Source of the DNA: Flaccisagitta enflata
Taxonomy: Eukaryota
Length of the DNA: 64,000 nt
Direction of reading: 5' to 3'
Assembly: GCA_965153355.1 (NCBI GenBank)
Contig: OZ231126.1
Coordinates: 37,200,001 to 37,264,000, forward strand
In this document: positions 39,005 through 54,552 of the stretch, one piece after another
Layout: every line of letters starts with the position of its first letter
How positions within the stretch are numbered: the stretch's first letter is position 1
Translations under genes and position numbers: made by a program
Notes under the pieces: generated by a model
Database searches by the model: none
Seen by the model: only the letters and a program-made list of their open reading frames with translations
Told to the model about the DNA's origin: nothing

Positions 39005-39180
39005 GAACGACGAGGGTGATGAATAAGGACGATGGAGAGTGACATAAAGGGAAGTGAACGACGAGGGTGATGAATAAGGACGATGGAGAGTGACATAAAG
39101 GGAAGTGAATGACCAAATGAACGACGAGGGTGATGAATAAGGACGATGGAGAGTGACATAAAGGGTAAACGACCAAATGA
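39005..39180. repeat. Three-copy 51-63-bp minisatellite
   Basis: GAACGACGAGGGTGATGAATAAGGACGATGGAGAGTGACATAAAGGG x3. Confidence 0.92.
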
Positions 39181-40139
39181 AGTAACGAACCGACGCGGAA
39201 AAAGCACTGAATGATGGTCGGCGCGTTCCTAACCAGCGCTTATGATGACGATGATGACTGTGACGATGATGACGGCGATGACAAGGACGGTGACGACGAC
39301 GATGATGAAGTTGACGACCGCTTGGGGAAAATAAGATGTACTTTGGGAGATAGCGACATTCCTTATAGGATATTGACGCACAGATGTAAAATTAAGTGCA
39401 AACTATGAACAAGTCACCGACTCTCCGTCGACGGGCCGTCTATGTTCGTTTTCAACGGTTTCACAAGTGAAAATCATGTTTTTTTTTTATCAAACCGTTA
39501 ACGATTATGAGATGAAGAAGAAATCAATTAAAAAGCTAAAATGATAACAATGTACTCAACGTCACCAAGCTATTAACGAAGCAACACAGATTTGCAAAAC
39601 AATTGCGAACCCGGATGAACTAAACGAACAGAAAAAAAAAAGATTCATCAAAAACGCGTCAATCAGGAATGAAAACTAATTCGGCCTAAAGCCCTACTTA
39701 TAGGACTTCGAAGGGGTTCAATTTGCTGTCAAGTTATAAAAGTGGTGTACATCGAGAAATAAATCGAAACGCGGGGTCAGGAGGGGGGGGGGAGCGAGGG
39801 GCGCAAAGTGAAGAAAATTGATAGAGAAAGGAGGGGGGGGGGGAAGGTTGAAGAGATCGAAAGAAGGGCGATGAAGTAAAAGAGGGTAAAAAGTGGAAGA
39901 AAGGGAGTGACCGAGTGAGAGCCAAGATGAGAGGGGGGGGGGTAAAGAGGGAGTGATGAAGGTAAAATGGGCCTGATAAGTTGTAGGAAGAAAGACAGGA
40001 AGAGGGTGGTAAAGAAAATAGTCGCAAAAGCGTTAGATGGTCAGCGGTACCCGTTGCCCCTATATGAGTGTATGAGGGTGTGAGGTGGTGAGAGGGGCAG
40101 TGGCCACGAAGGAGCCAATGACCTATGTTGTTTTTTTTA

Positions 40140-40525
40140 GCCTGGAACCTGGGGCCTTGAAGCTGGGATTTGAGCCTGGAGGCGGGGATTTGAGCCTTGT
40201 GGCTGGGATTTGAGCCTTGTGACTGGGATTTGAACCTCGAGACTGGGGTTTGAGCCTAAAGACTGGGATTTGAGCCTGGAGGCTAGGATTTGTGCCTCAA
40301 GACTGGGATTTGTGCCTCAAGACTGGGATTTGAGCCTCGAGGCTGGGATTTGGGCCTCGAGGCTGGGATTTGGGCCTCAAGGCTGGGATTTGGGCCTCGA
40401 GTCTGGGATTTGGGCCTCGAGGCTGGGATTTGGGCCTCGAGGCTGGGATTTGGGCCTCGAGGCTGGGATTTGGGCCTCAAGGCTGGGATTTGGGCCTTGA
40501 GGCTGGGATTTGGGCCTCAAGGCTG
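40140..40525 (+). repeat. 20-bp minisatellite array, about 19 copies, inside a foldback-family element
   Basis: GGCTGGGATTTGGGCCTCGA repeated with near-perfect 20-bp period. Confidence 0.95.
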
Positions 40526-41494
40526 AAAGCGGGGGGGGGGGGTACAGAGAAGGAGGAGGAGAAGGAGGAGAAATTTCTCCTGTGTGAAAGCATAGGTCGA
40601 ATTGGCCGAGATTTGTGCCAAGAAGTTAGGATTTGGGCCTTTAGACTGGGATTTGGGCTTTTAGGCCAGAATTTGGGCTTCAAGGCCAGAATTTGGGCTT
40701 CAAGGTTGAGATTCAGGCCTGGATGTTGGCACTTGGGTCTTGAGGCCAGGATTTCGACTCTAGGGGGGGACGAAGAAGATGGAGGAGGAGAAGAAGGAGA
40801 AATTTCTGCATATGTGAAAGCATAGGTCATCGGCCCCTTCGGGGCCGCTGCCCAAAAGGAGGGGAAAAGACTGAAAAATGGGGATGGCAAGATATTGGAT
40901 GGGGAGATTAGAGGAGATTTTGAAAAAGTTAAAGGCGTATGTATTAGAGTAATGCACCAAGTGGCGAGTGCATGAAATTGAAAGCGGAGTTTAGGCTGGT
41001 TTTCCGCGAACCTCACTGTGCAAATGTTGAAATGCATATAGAAGTGGTGATCTCTGTGCGACATCAATTGAAAAGATACAGTCTATGCTTGAGCGTATTT
41101 TCATACAAAAGAGTAACCAGCTCTTTTCAAACATGGTCACACCCAGAAGTATCTCAAGACTTATTACTGACGGCGTAATTTTCAAGCACAAACCCGCGCG
41201 AACGTCGCGTCGCCACACACGAAGACGATATTCCATTCGATGAAAAGGAACCATTTTCCGCATCTTTTAATTCTCTCCTCTCCTCTTTTCTTTCTTTTCT
41301 AATCCTTTTTTCATCTTTTTTTTCTTCACGGGTCAAAGGAAAGGAAATAATCGATGAATAGAAACGACTTAAAAAAAGGATTGACTAATCAAGAGGAAGG
41401 GAAAAAAAGGGAAAAGAGGATTGACTAGTGGATGGGAAGAATAGAGGGGAGAGACCAGAGACATGTAAGTGTATATGAAGATGATGATGATGAT

Positions 41495-41585
<91 letters not shown>

Positions 41586-41642
41586 GGTAAGTAGAAAGTG
41601 AGAGTGAGACAAACTTACAAACACTCATAAACACATAGACAC

Positions 41643-41734
<92 letters not shown>

Positions 41735-41757
41735 ACAAGAGACTCAAAGCATTATTA

Positions 41758-41817
<60 letters not shown>

Positions 41818-41829
41818 AAAAGAAAGAAA

Positions 41830-41907
<78 letters not shown>

Positions 41908-41915
41908 AATAAGGA

Positions 41916-41987
<72 letters not shown>

Positions 41988-43226
41988 AGAAAGAAAGAAA
42001 AAAAGAAAGAAAGAAAGAAAGAAAGAAAAGAGGAAAGAAGGAAAGAAGAAAGAGTAAGAAAGTAGACGAAAAGTTTCAGGCGCGCATATCTTGAGATTGT
42101 TATCTAAGAAGGACGATATTTCCTTCATCTGAACTTTGTAGGCGATCAATCGCTTCTTTATTCATTCATTCGTCGACATTGATAACCATTTCGTCCATGT
42201 TGATGTTCATCTGCGTCGATCACGGCATCTATCCTCATCGACGCTGGCATTCATAAACGTCGGCAAATGAATCTATCTACGTCGACAAAAACAGTTAAAT
42301 CCGCGTCAACTTTCAATTGGGTCGGCGAAAAAAGTCATCTGCGCGGACCAAGACACTCAACTACTTTGACAGCCTTTAGCTGCATCGACCAAAACATTCA
42401 TCTGAATGGATCAAATCATTTTTCAGCATCGAGCAGAGCATGTAACTGCATCTACCAATGCATTCATTCGCGTCGATCAAGGCATTAATCTCTTTGTATA
42501 AAGGACGATGATGCGTTTTTGTATCAACAGAGGGAGATACTCATCTGCAAACTAACTGCGATTATCTGCGTCGACTGTGATAGTCATCTGTTTGTCTGCA
42601 CAGACTAATGCGTGATGTTCATCAGCTTCCGCTATTCGCCGCGATGGCGCCTCGAATTGTAAACTCCATTGTGTAAACTGGATTTACTAATTCCACTCAC
42701 TCGCGACAGAAGGGTGGTCGGGTGTATAATGTTGGATGGCGTGCGACTAGAACCTATCAATGTGTTGCTGTTTGATTGTTGTGTTTAACGAAGTATTCAT
42801 CTTTAAGTTGGCATTAACCGTATTGATCAAACTCGTTGGATAAAAGTTGTACTGAAAGTTTATGACAGAGCAATTTTTTTGGCAGTCACCTCAAAGGGCC
42901 GATGTCTTACAGGAAACCGGGGTAAATTTCCACATGACCATCTATCAATTTTTCTGTCCTTCTGTCTTTCTGTCCCCCCCCCCCGCCTTGGCCATCGAGG
43001 CTAGAAATCAGTGCTCTCAGGCCTTATATTTGCCATCCCAGCCCTTAAATTGGCCTTCCAGAATTCAAATTCGCCTTCACCCTAAAATTCTACAGGATAT
43101 TAGCCCTTTGCTCTCACTCCTAGTAGGGTACCGCCGACCATGTGCGATCCTTTGATCACTGGTTTTAAATGCAGCCTGCTAACAATTCATTTTTCAAAAG
43201 TTTATATTTCTACCATCGTTTTTTCG

Positions 43227-44092
43227 TTTTTAGATGCGTCCTCGCATCTCTATAAGAGGGTCTGTCCCTTGGTCTGTCTGAATGTCTGAGTGTCTGAGTG
43301 TCACGCGAAAATTTCAAAACGCGATTTTCAAGGTTTTCTCTTCATTTCTCTTCCTGTCTCTTCATGTCTCTTATATTTCTTATGTCTCTTTCATCTCTTT
43401 TGTCTCTTTTGTCTCTTTTGTCTCTTTTGTCTCCTATATGTCTCTTATGTCTCTTATGTCTCCTATATGTCTCTTATATCTCTTATGTCTCTTATTTCTC
43501 TTATGTATCTTAGGTATCTTAAGTCTCTTATGTCTCTTTGTCTCTTTTGTCTCTTTTGTCTCCTATATGTCTCCTTTATGTCTCTTATGTCTCCTGTATG
43601 TCTCTTATGTCTCATATATCTCTTATGCCTCTTATATCTCTTACATCTCTTACATCTCTTACATCTCTTATGTCTCTTACATCTCTTATGTCTCTTATGT
43701 CTCTTAGGTCTCTTATGTCTCTCATGTCTCTTCATGTCTCCTCATGTTTCCTCATGTCTCTTCATGTCTCTTTATGTCTCTCCAAGTCCCTTCATGTCTC
43801 TTTGTGAGGATAAGGCGGGGGAGGCGTGGGGGGGCGTGGGGGAGGCGTGGGGAGGCGTTGGGGGGCGTGGGGGGGTGGGGAGGCGTGGGGAGGCGTTGGG
43901 GGGCGTGGGGGGGTGGGGAGGCGGGGGGGAGGGGTGGGGAAGCAAGGGGGGTCAGCTTATATTTTTGTCTTTATCTCTGTATCTTTATATTTTCATATCA
44001 TTATATCTTAATATCTTCATGTCTTAATAATTTGTATGAAAATGTCTTACATCTAAAGAGGAAGCATCTATTGGACATCTCTTGGCCTTGTT
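43227..44092 (+). mobile_element. HINE family 2 carrying expanded central tandem arrays (TGTCTCTTA)n and (GGGAGGCGTG)n
   Basis: 5' TTTTT-AGATGCGTCCTCGCATCT hairpin, 3' GAGGAAGCATCT subTIR plus GGCCTTGTT. Related copies at 36486-36860 and 60950-61113(-). Confidence 0.75.
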
Positions 44093-44201
44093 GGTTAGTA
44101 ACATGATCATCTCAAGGGACAATACAAAGACTCCGAAGTATTCTTCTCTTAAGCCTCAAAAACTGCCAAAAAGAAGAGCTTTTCTCTCTCATTAAAAAGA
44201 A

Positions 44202-44312
<111 letters not shown>

Positions 44313-45446
44313 CAGAGAGAGAGAGACAGAGACAGAGAGAGCGATTTGAAAGGTGGGATGGTTTTTGTTTATATTATATCCATTTCATGTTTACATTGAG
44401 GCCAAGTTTTTGGCTAAGGATGCGCGCCAAATGGAAACAGAATCGCCGGATGGGGGGGGGAGGGAGGTGGCGGGGTGGTGGTGGGTGAGGGGGGAGGTTG
44501 GCGTCTCGACTTAACAATTCAGTCAAGATTTAAAACGACCGAAAAAAGAGGGCAAAGATCAGGTCGTCGTACAAAGAAAGAATGGAAGACCCTTAGAGAA
44601 ATTGAATGAGATAAATTGAGAATAAAGACAGTAAAGCGCAACGTAACTGGATTAATCAATATCGATGAACGCAGTGCCCGGTTAACTAATAATTAACTTT
44701 CCTATGGCTACTGACCAACTGAGCTGAAACTGATCAACAACATTTTAGAATCAAGACTCTTTCTGATACCAACGTTTATAAATTTAAAAGAAGTTATTCC
44801 CTATCTTAAAGCAAGTTGCTATACGCTTTACGCAAATATCCTTTAAGAACGCAATAAGGAGACTTCATGTCAATAAAGGAACAAGACCAACGCGTTACAA
44901 GTCGCGTGCGGTCTTGAAGACTAAAAGAATAAAAGACCTAAAGACCAAAAGACAAAACAACTAAAAGCAGGAGCAGTAATGCAAAAAACGCTCAAAAACG
45001 CTGAAAAAAGCTAACGGAGACCGACCGATCAACAGACAGACCGACCGACCGACCGACCGACCGATCGACCGACATGGCGGTTCATAGAGTCGCGTAGCAC
45101 GCGACTAAAAACGAAACATGCTGATCTGAGAATGGGAAGTCTTTTTTCGATGAAGTCCTTGAACCCAAGTGGGGGCGTAATTGATGACAAATAAGACAGA
45201 AAGAAAACTGCGAGGAAAGGCGACACATTAACCATTTTCATCATTTTCATCATTTTTATCATTCCTTCCCCCTTCGCACTTCTCTTTTTTGTTATGCAGA
45301 ACATATCTTAAATTCTTGATCAAAACACGAAACGACAAGAACTGATGAAAAGAGACACAACCTGAGAGTCAACCAACCAGACAGACACACACACACACAC
45401 GCACACACACACGCACACGCACACACACACGCACACGCACACACAC

Positions 45447-45593
<147 letters not shown>

Positions 45594-47975
45594 AACAAAC
45601 AACGTGAGAAAAAAAAACCCAACCTAATGGGATCATTTCTACGACCGGTAAAGGCGATCCAATAAAGCACAATGAAGAGGTGAAAGGCGTCTAATAAAGT
45701 GTAATATGATTTAAACTTTAATCTCTTTTTCTCACATTTTAATTCCGCCCCGTTTACCAAGCTTGGTTTGTCGCCGTTCGTTTCCTTTTTTTAGTCGCGT
45801 GCACGCTACTCTACAACCCGTTATGACTGTCGGTCAGTCCGTCTGTAACACTTTGCTTTTTTGGCGTTTATGGACGGTTTTTGCACCACTGCCCTCGCCC
45901 TATTGTCTGATTAACTTATTTCATCATTGCCCCTGCCCGCCGGCACGAGACTTGGGTAGATGTGTATCCGGCCTTGTTTTCTTTCGCGAGGATATTACGA
46001 GAGGAACTCCTTCGTAACAGAAAGAAATCCTTAAACGGGGATTTAGGGATAAGCTCCCCGCGGGACGAAGATTACCGAGGAAATAAGGACCGTAATGGAG
46101 GCCCTTCACCACGGTTTGAAATGGAACCAAGCAACTCTGGTTCGTTATTGCAATTCAGTGCTCACATTCGTAACTTGCAACTCGCCTTGTAAATGCTTGG
46201 TATTATCCTTTTCTCCCCATTTTAAAGATGTCCGACTGAAAGTTCTGTAAATCACGACAAGCTCAATCTCGCCATCCCATTCTACCAGCCGTTTACTAAT
46301 TATAGTCCCAATTTGGCTAGAAGTATCACATTTTGCACAGCAGTTCAGAAGGGTGAAAACAAAAAAAGAGCGGAGGAGGGAATCTGTCCATACATCCGCA
46401 CATCAATTTGCCCTTCTCCCTCTGGTTTTTCAGGCAAGTCCCCTTTCGGACCACTGCTGAAAAGTTATGACAACGTTGGGAAAACATTTAATAAACAGAT
46501 GCTAGCGTTGTCGATTCACCTTATTGCGCACATCGTCACGATCGCTACATGACACGTATGCACCAATACTCGAGTGATCCATTCACCGTAGTGAGATATA
46601 TCGATAATGAAAATTGGTTAAAGAGAATCCCCGTTTAAACAAGAGACAGGAAGGAGCCTCGAAAAAAAAAGAAATGGAGATAAGGTATTCCAGATGAAGT
46701 GGACAGGAGAAAAAGAGACACGTTGCGCTGGATAGCCACGGTTGACGATGTTTGGCAAAGTATTCACTAAAAACAATGAACCAAAATCTACCTTTTCATA
46801 TGCCCAGACAAAAAAAAAAAAAAAACAAAAAACAAAAAACAAAAACAAAACTCACATTAAAAGCACTTTGTCTTTGGGCGGTTCATGGAACAACATTTTC
46901 CTGTAGTTATAGAGGATCCGTTCGGGTGTGTCAATATGCAAAACATTATTCCCTGAGAGTATAACGCTAGGGCATCATGGCGTTACTCATTTAAATGCCT
47001 TCACCGTTTTTCTTTTTTCAAATTTCGGTCATCTTCCGTTTTTTCTAAAATCCCTGTTTTGCCCCTAATTTGCATAACGTTGTGATCACATTTTCGACTT
47101 TTTATCCTTTGCCTTGTATGGTGGGGCTTTCGAATTACTTCTAAATGCTGCTATCCTCTTTAAAGCTTCACAGAAAAGTGCCTGGGATAATCATATCAAC
47201 TTCAATGAAATAGTAAAATGGTCTTTTTTGGTTAATGAATTTGTTTCTTGGCGAACGAGTGTGCAGACATTGCATTAGATTTCGATCGAGAAAAAAAACG
47301 GTTGCTGAATGAATTTTGGAAAAAGAAAAACGGTGATCGTTCTAGAATCAATAGCCCCATCTTGCGTCAGCGTTATGGTCTCAAATTCAGTCATCACCCG
47401 TATTTGACACACCTGAAGGATCCGTTGTTTAAGTAGTTGAGCCCCCTTTCGTCATATCTGTTTCATTGAGCAACGGAGAGTTCATCTGCGTTGGAAGGAA
47501 TTAGCAGACAAATAATTACAGATTTGGGGAAGATGATTGAATCTATATCGACAGAGGCGCTAAATCCTAGCAACGCAATCATGCAAAGAAAAAAAAAAAA
47601 ACAAAAAAGAAACAAAACGAAAAACCAAAACCAAGGCACAGAGTAGCAAAAAAACGTTATTTTGTTTTGGTTACCGACCGACCGACCGACACAGCAAGTT
47701 CTACAGTCGAATGACCGCTACTTAGAATAGAAAGGTTACAATGTATGGTAATGTTAAGATTGTTATAGATTTACCACCAGCAAAGAAACTGACATAGAAA
47801 TGGGCGTGAAATGGAACGAGCTGGAGCAGTTCAGGGTCACGTCGGTCACTGCTTAAGCAGTACCTATCAAGTCTTGAGCAATGCTAAAGCAATGCTCCGG
47901 CACTTTTTGCACTATCCTCCAGATCAGCGGAGGTTCTCATCTTCTCTGTGGCTAAGGCCTACGTTGGTTTTTTTC

Positions 47976-48170
47976 TTAGTCGCGTGCTACGCTACTCTAC
48001 ACCCCGCTTTGTCAGTCCGTCCATCGGTCCGTCGGTCCGTCCGTCGATCCGTCACACTTAACTTTTTTGTTTTTTTGCCTCACTGCTCCTGCCAAAGTGA
48101 TCAAGTGACCTCAAATACGGCCCCTGCTCACCCGCACGCGACTGGGGTAGCCGTATATCCGGTCTTGTTT
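47976..48170 (+). mobile_element. HINE family 1 copy
   Basis: AGTCGCGTGCTACGCTACT hairpin, (GTCC)n, GCACGCGACT subTIR, terminal CCGTATATCCGG-TCTTGTTT. Confidence 0.78.
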
Positions 48171-48688
48171 TATTTTGTTTTTATTTAAACGGCATAACGC
48201 GAATGTATTATCATAGTTAACTAGATTTCATCGCAAAGAATAGAACATCAACTAGACAAGTCTAGAGGCAAAGATAAGCAGACAAAAAGTTCTAAATATC
48301 AACTGTCGCTCGTAAGCTCTTGTAAATAAATGAGACTGACTAAAAATCGTATCTGCATGTATGCGTAAAAAAAGCGCGATACATTAAACCGTTGGTATTC
48401 TATTTTTGCCCTCGTTCTTATTCATAGCGCGCAGCCGTGGACAATACAAATCGATCGAAAATGGGGTTTTCTTTTCCCGTTTTCCCAAACTCTTGTTTTT
48501 ACGTTTCTTAATTTCTTTTTTTTTTCTCTTTTATCGCAAGATTCTTTCCTTTTTTTCCCTTTCATTCTTCCAATTTTATTTTTCCCTATTTTTATTTCTT
48601 ACTTCTTACTTCTTTTTCTAATTCTTCCTTTGGGCAATCTTCTAAGCTGAAAAGAGGACTTTGACAATGCTTGAGCGCCTTTTTCCAC

Positions 48689-48768
<80 letters not shown>

Positions 48769-49451
48769 CTCAGTTTCCCCTTTTTCCAAGGATTTTTGTG
48801 GTCTCTAAAAAGAGGGGAAAGATTTTTCCCACCCAGATTCTTCACGGTGGAGCGGAGCACAACGAAGAAGAACAACGATGACGAAAGCGATGAGGCGATG
48901 ACCACCGCCGTTGGATGCGGTTGGAATCGTGGAAGCGAAAATATAGAAGTAGGCTTAAATGGGAAAATGGAACCGCGCCAATGGACGGATGGATTGTGGA
49001 AATGGAGAGTCGGATGAGTCACAGAAAGGCCGGGGAGGATGTTTGCTTACTCGCTAAAAAAGTGGGGATAGTGAATGGATGTTCCGATGTATGTTTTGAG
49101 TAATGGATGGGGATGAGCGAAATGGACTACGGGGGCTGGGTTTAGGAATCGATTTTACGGATGGATACATGAATGGAGTAGAAAGGTAAGTGATTATTTG
49201 TTCGTTTACCTATTATTCAAACATTCCACTCCAATTCATGTCTAATTGAGTGCTTCATTACGAACCTACCATCACCTTCGCTGTTAGCTGTTGGCCTTGG
49301 CGCGGCGTGCACTGATGTTTCATTTGCAGAACAGATTGGGGCCTATTGACAGATAACACTCAAAAACTAATATCAACCGATTCAATCCGATGCGGAATGA
49401 AAAAAAAATGTGATGAGTTTGCCGTTGAGTCTGGAGAGGGGGACTTGCGTA

Positions 49452-50142
<691 letters not shown>

Positions 50143-50252
50143 CTTGCGTATATTGTTCTTGTTGATATATGAGAGAATGTTTTTCGTACGCATGTGAGGC
50201 AGTCGATGATGTTTTAGATTTCCACACATTACCGCTAATGGTGACTTTCATC

Positions 50253-50566
50253 CAGGGGTGTATATAGTTGCACGACCTTTGATTTCTTTCCCCCCCCTGG
50301 TCCTTTGATTTTCTTCCCCGCGGGGTCAAAATATATTTGTTTTTCTTCCCCATATACCCCCTATAAAGTAATATTTTGGTTTAAAAAGTATTAAATAGTG
50401 TTGTGGTAACTTAATATTACATTTTAGTACTGCCAAAAGTGTAATATCTTCTATATTTTTTTATTTTTGGTTTTTCTACCTTTTGATTTTCTTCCCCATT
50501 TCCAAATCCTTTGATTTTATTCCCCCCCCTGCCGGGGGGGGGAATATGCAACTATATACAGGCCTG
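50253..50566. mobile_element. hAT-like MITE
   Basis: TIR CAGGGGTGTATATAGTTGCA / TGCAACTATATACAGGCCTG. Perfect 8-bp TSD CTTTCATC at 50245-50252 and 50567-50574. Confidence 0.9.
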
Positions 50567-50574
50567 CTTTCATC

Positions 50575-50668
<94 letters not shown>

Positions 50669-50808
50669 TTGCCCGTTTTTACGCCTTTCAAATTCACTTT
50701 TTCCAATTTGCTGAAAGAAAAACAAGAAAAGAAAAATGAAAAGAAACGAATCTAAAAAGAGAAGAATGGAAAAACAAGAAAAGCGACGGCACATAAACAT
50801 CCAAAGGG

Positions 50809-50982
50809 GAGTTTAATGCTGGCGAAAATTCTTAGAATTCACGCTACCGAGAATCGGGGATTTTCACGCTACCGAGAATTCTCGGTAGCGTTAAAATGGT
50901 AAGAGAAATTTGATTCTTGCTATTGAGAATTTGTTTATCTTTTTCTCTGCCCTTCCTCCTACTTTCTTTTCTTTTCTTTTTC

Positions 50983-51080
<98 letters not shown>

Positions 51081-51700
51081 TTTCCCATTTTTCTTTTTCT
51101 TTTCTTTTTTTTCATTTTTTTTCATTTTTTCAATTTTTTCAATTTTTTCTTTTTTCTTTTTTTTTTTTATTTCTATTGTTCTTTCTTTTTTACTTTCTAT
51201 GTTTTGTTTTTCTTTTTTTTTTCCATTTTTCTTCTTTTTCTCTTTCTCTCTTACTTTCAATCTTTTTTTTCTTTCTTTGTTTTTTTTTTTTATATTTTTT
51301 TTTTTGTTTTTCTTCTTTATTTCTTTTTTTTTCTTTTTGTCTTTGTTCCTTCTTTCGTTCCTTTTATTTGTCCTTTTTTTTCTTTCTTTCCATTTTTTTT
51401 CTTTTTTGTTCTTCCCTTTCTCCGTTCCTTCTTTTTTTCTTTCTCTTTTTTTTTCTTTTTATTCATTCTTCCTTTTTTTCTTTTTCTTGATGAAATCACT
51501 TCTAAATAAATAGAATTTATCCTAAAAATTTTGATAACAAAGATGAAATGAAAAAGATTTGACAAAAAAATCTATAAAACTTTGTTTGATGAAAAAATAT
51601 TTTCTATAAAAAACCTGTAATATTCTTATCTTTTTAAGGTTTTGATATCTTTTTTTTTAAAAGCGTTCTGTCCCACTTGTTCATTGAAATAACATGAGAA

Positions 51701-51763
<63 letters not shown>

Positions 51764-52461
51764 AAGAACAAATTTATTCTCAGTAACAACTATTTTTGGG
51801 CAGCGGCCCCGAAGGGGTCGATGACCTATGCTTTCACACATATGGGGGATTTTCTCCTTCTCCTCCTCCTCCTTCTTCTTCGTCACCCCCCCTCAAATCC
51901 CAGTTTTGAGGCCCAAATTCCAGTCTCAAGGCCAAAATCCCAGTCCTGAGGCCCAAATTCCAGCCTTGAGGCCCAAATCCTAGCCTCAAAGCCCAAATCC
52001 TAGCCTTGAGGTCCAAACCCCAGCCAAGAGGCCCATATCCCCGCCAAGAAGCCCAAATCTCAGCCTCGAGGCTAGGATTTGGGCTTTGAGGCTAGGATTT
52101 GGGCCTCCAGGCTGGAATTTGGGCCTCGAGGCTTAGATTTGGGCCTCCAGGCTGGGATTTGGGCCTGGAGACTGGGATTTGAGTGGGGAGGGACAGAGGA
52201 GATGGAGGAAAAGGAGAAGGAGAAAATCCCCCATATGTGTGAAAGCATAGGTCATCGACCCCTTCGGGGCCGCTGCCCTGCTCCCCCTTCCACTTCAAGC
52301 ACAACCTACTCAGCAGGGCACGGGTACCGCTTTTGCGACTATTTACAATAATCATCATAACTGAGAATTGATTTTAATGCTATGGAGAATTCTCTATAGC
52401 ATGAAAACATTAAAATGACATCGTTAATGCTACCAAGAATTCTCGGCAGCATTACCCACTC
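50809..52461. mobile_element. Mutator-like non-autonomous element with nested foldback repeat
   Basis: 10-bp TSD ATCCAAAGGG at 50799-50808 and 52462-52471. Imperfect TIR GAGT..TAATGCTG.CGA. Subterminal GAGAATTCTC-centred palindromes at both ends. Confidence 0.7.
51793..52330 (+). mobile_element. Foldback repeat with about 70-bp inverted ends and two opposing arrays of a 20-bp unit (GGCTGGGATTTGGGCCTCGA)
   Basis: GGGCAGCGGCCCCGAAGGGGTCGATGACCTATGCTTTCACACATATGGGGGATTTTCTCCTTCTCC at 51798 is reverse-complemented ending at 52278. Relatives at about 16040-16393, 23043-23260, 27070-27282, 40035-40857 and 24500-24815 (with a (CAGA)n centre). Confidence 0.8.
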
Positions 52462-52534
52462 ATCCAAAGGGAGGCAAATGGAGAAAGCAGAACGATAGGC
52501 ACAGCAGGACAGCTTGTACAACAATTACATATGG

Positions 52535-52617
<83 letters not shown>

Positions 52618-52727
52618 AAGGAGACAAATACCGAGAAAAGGCAAACAGACAGAATGACAGACACAGACAGTTGAACAGGTAGGCATTAGGCAAATAGATA
52701 GACATACGGACAGACGACGGAAAGACG

Positions 52728-52853
<126 letters not shown>

Positions 52854-52983
52854 CAGCGAGCACCCAGAATTAGTGTGACTGCCAGACAGAGAGTAGTAAA
52901 ACAGACAACCTAAAGTTAAATAAAAAAGAATCAAACTGATAAACAGATAAAAGGAAGTGAACAAATAGCAACAGAGGACAGAG

Positions 52984-53103
52984 TACAGGGTGTTTCAGGC
53001 CAAATTAGATGTAAGAAAACGAAAGAAAAGGATTTGTGTAAAAATTTCATGGGGCAGAATGGCATCGTTTTCTCATATCTAATCTGGCATGAAACACCAT
53101 GTA
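52984..53103. mobile_element. Tc1/mariner-like MITE
   Basis: TA-CAGGGTGTTTCAGGCCAAATTAGAT...ATCTAATCTGGCATGAAACACCATG-TA. Confidence 0.8.
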
Positions 53104-53351
53104 ACTAGAAAATGGAATGGAAATGATTTTTTTTATCTATCTCGATTTCAATTCATTGTGAATCTCCAATCCCCTCCTTTGATCCAATTGAGTCCGTGAG
53201 TGTCACAAATTCAAAGATCTTTTATTTTCTTAAATCTTCATTCTCGTTTTTTTCATTTCTGTCTTTTAATTCCACGTCCCCATTGTAAGCCTAACGATTT
53301 GGTGTGTTTCTCTAGGTACAGAAATAAGCTAGTTCTCTCTCTTTCTCTCTT

Positions 53352-53464
<113 letters not shown>

Positions 53465-53776
53465 TATCGAAGGATTTGTTCCGCCTTTTCTTTCCACCGT
53501 GATGAAGGGTGAATTATATGCTCTCTATCAATCTGTAGAGCTCTTTCTCCATTTTCACGATTTCTTAGTCTTACTATCCATTTATCTGTCTGTTTATCTG
53601 TTTCCGATTCTGTCGGTTAAAAATCATCACTGTCTTCCCGCGTGTCAGTCTGTCAGTGTCTCCTGTTTCTCTCCTGAGCTACTTCATCCCCGTTATATGG
53701 CTAGGTGAGTAGGAATCTACTATTTGTCTTTCTGTCTGTCTGTTCCCCTCTCTTTCTATCTTGATATCTGTCCGTC

Positions 53777-53909
<133 letters not shown>

Positions 53910-54039
53910 ATGCCGGCTGTGATTGCTCTCACTCACTTCATACCTGGTTCGTCGACCTAGAAAGAAAATTCTTCACTGTTTGAGTTTCAAATCCCAACCT
54001 GGGGAGAGAGAGTAAAGCGAAAGCGCGGAAGCTTAAGAC

Positions 54040-54114
<75 letters not shown>

Positions 54115-54122
54115 TAGGAGAT

Positions 54123-54201
<79 letters not shown>

Positions 54202-54498
54202 ATGGGTAGACAAACAAAAAGACAAAAAAGAGTGAGAGGACCATTCGCATTCTTATTGAAAGATTTGCAATTTCAAAAAAGGTGAACAAAGGATGATGCC
54301 ACTGCACTGCCGGGTTGACGAAGCAGTCTTCAGTGTGAGGACCGTAACAGGCGGGAGATGCCAAGGCAGATGACAAGGATGTCCGAGTTTGCGTCCAACA
54401 AATGCGTACAAAAAGTTAAACTAAAGTTCAACATTGACGTTGACAGACTTGAAACGTATGCAAATCCAATTTTTACAAATGATGGGTAAAGCCACACA

Positions 54499-54552
<54 letters not shown>

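Noticed and set aside
40140-40525. CRISPR-like regular array or repeat-protein ORF
   Set aside because: No unique spacers, no cas genes, eukaryotic context; the 20-bp unit is not a multiple of 3.
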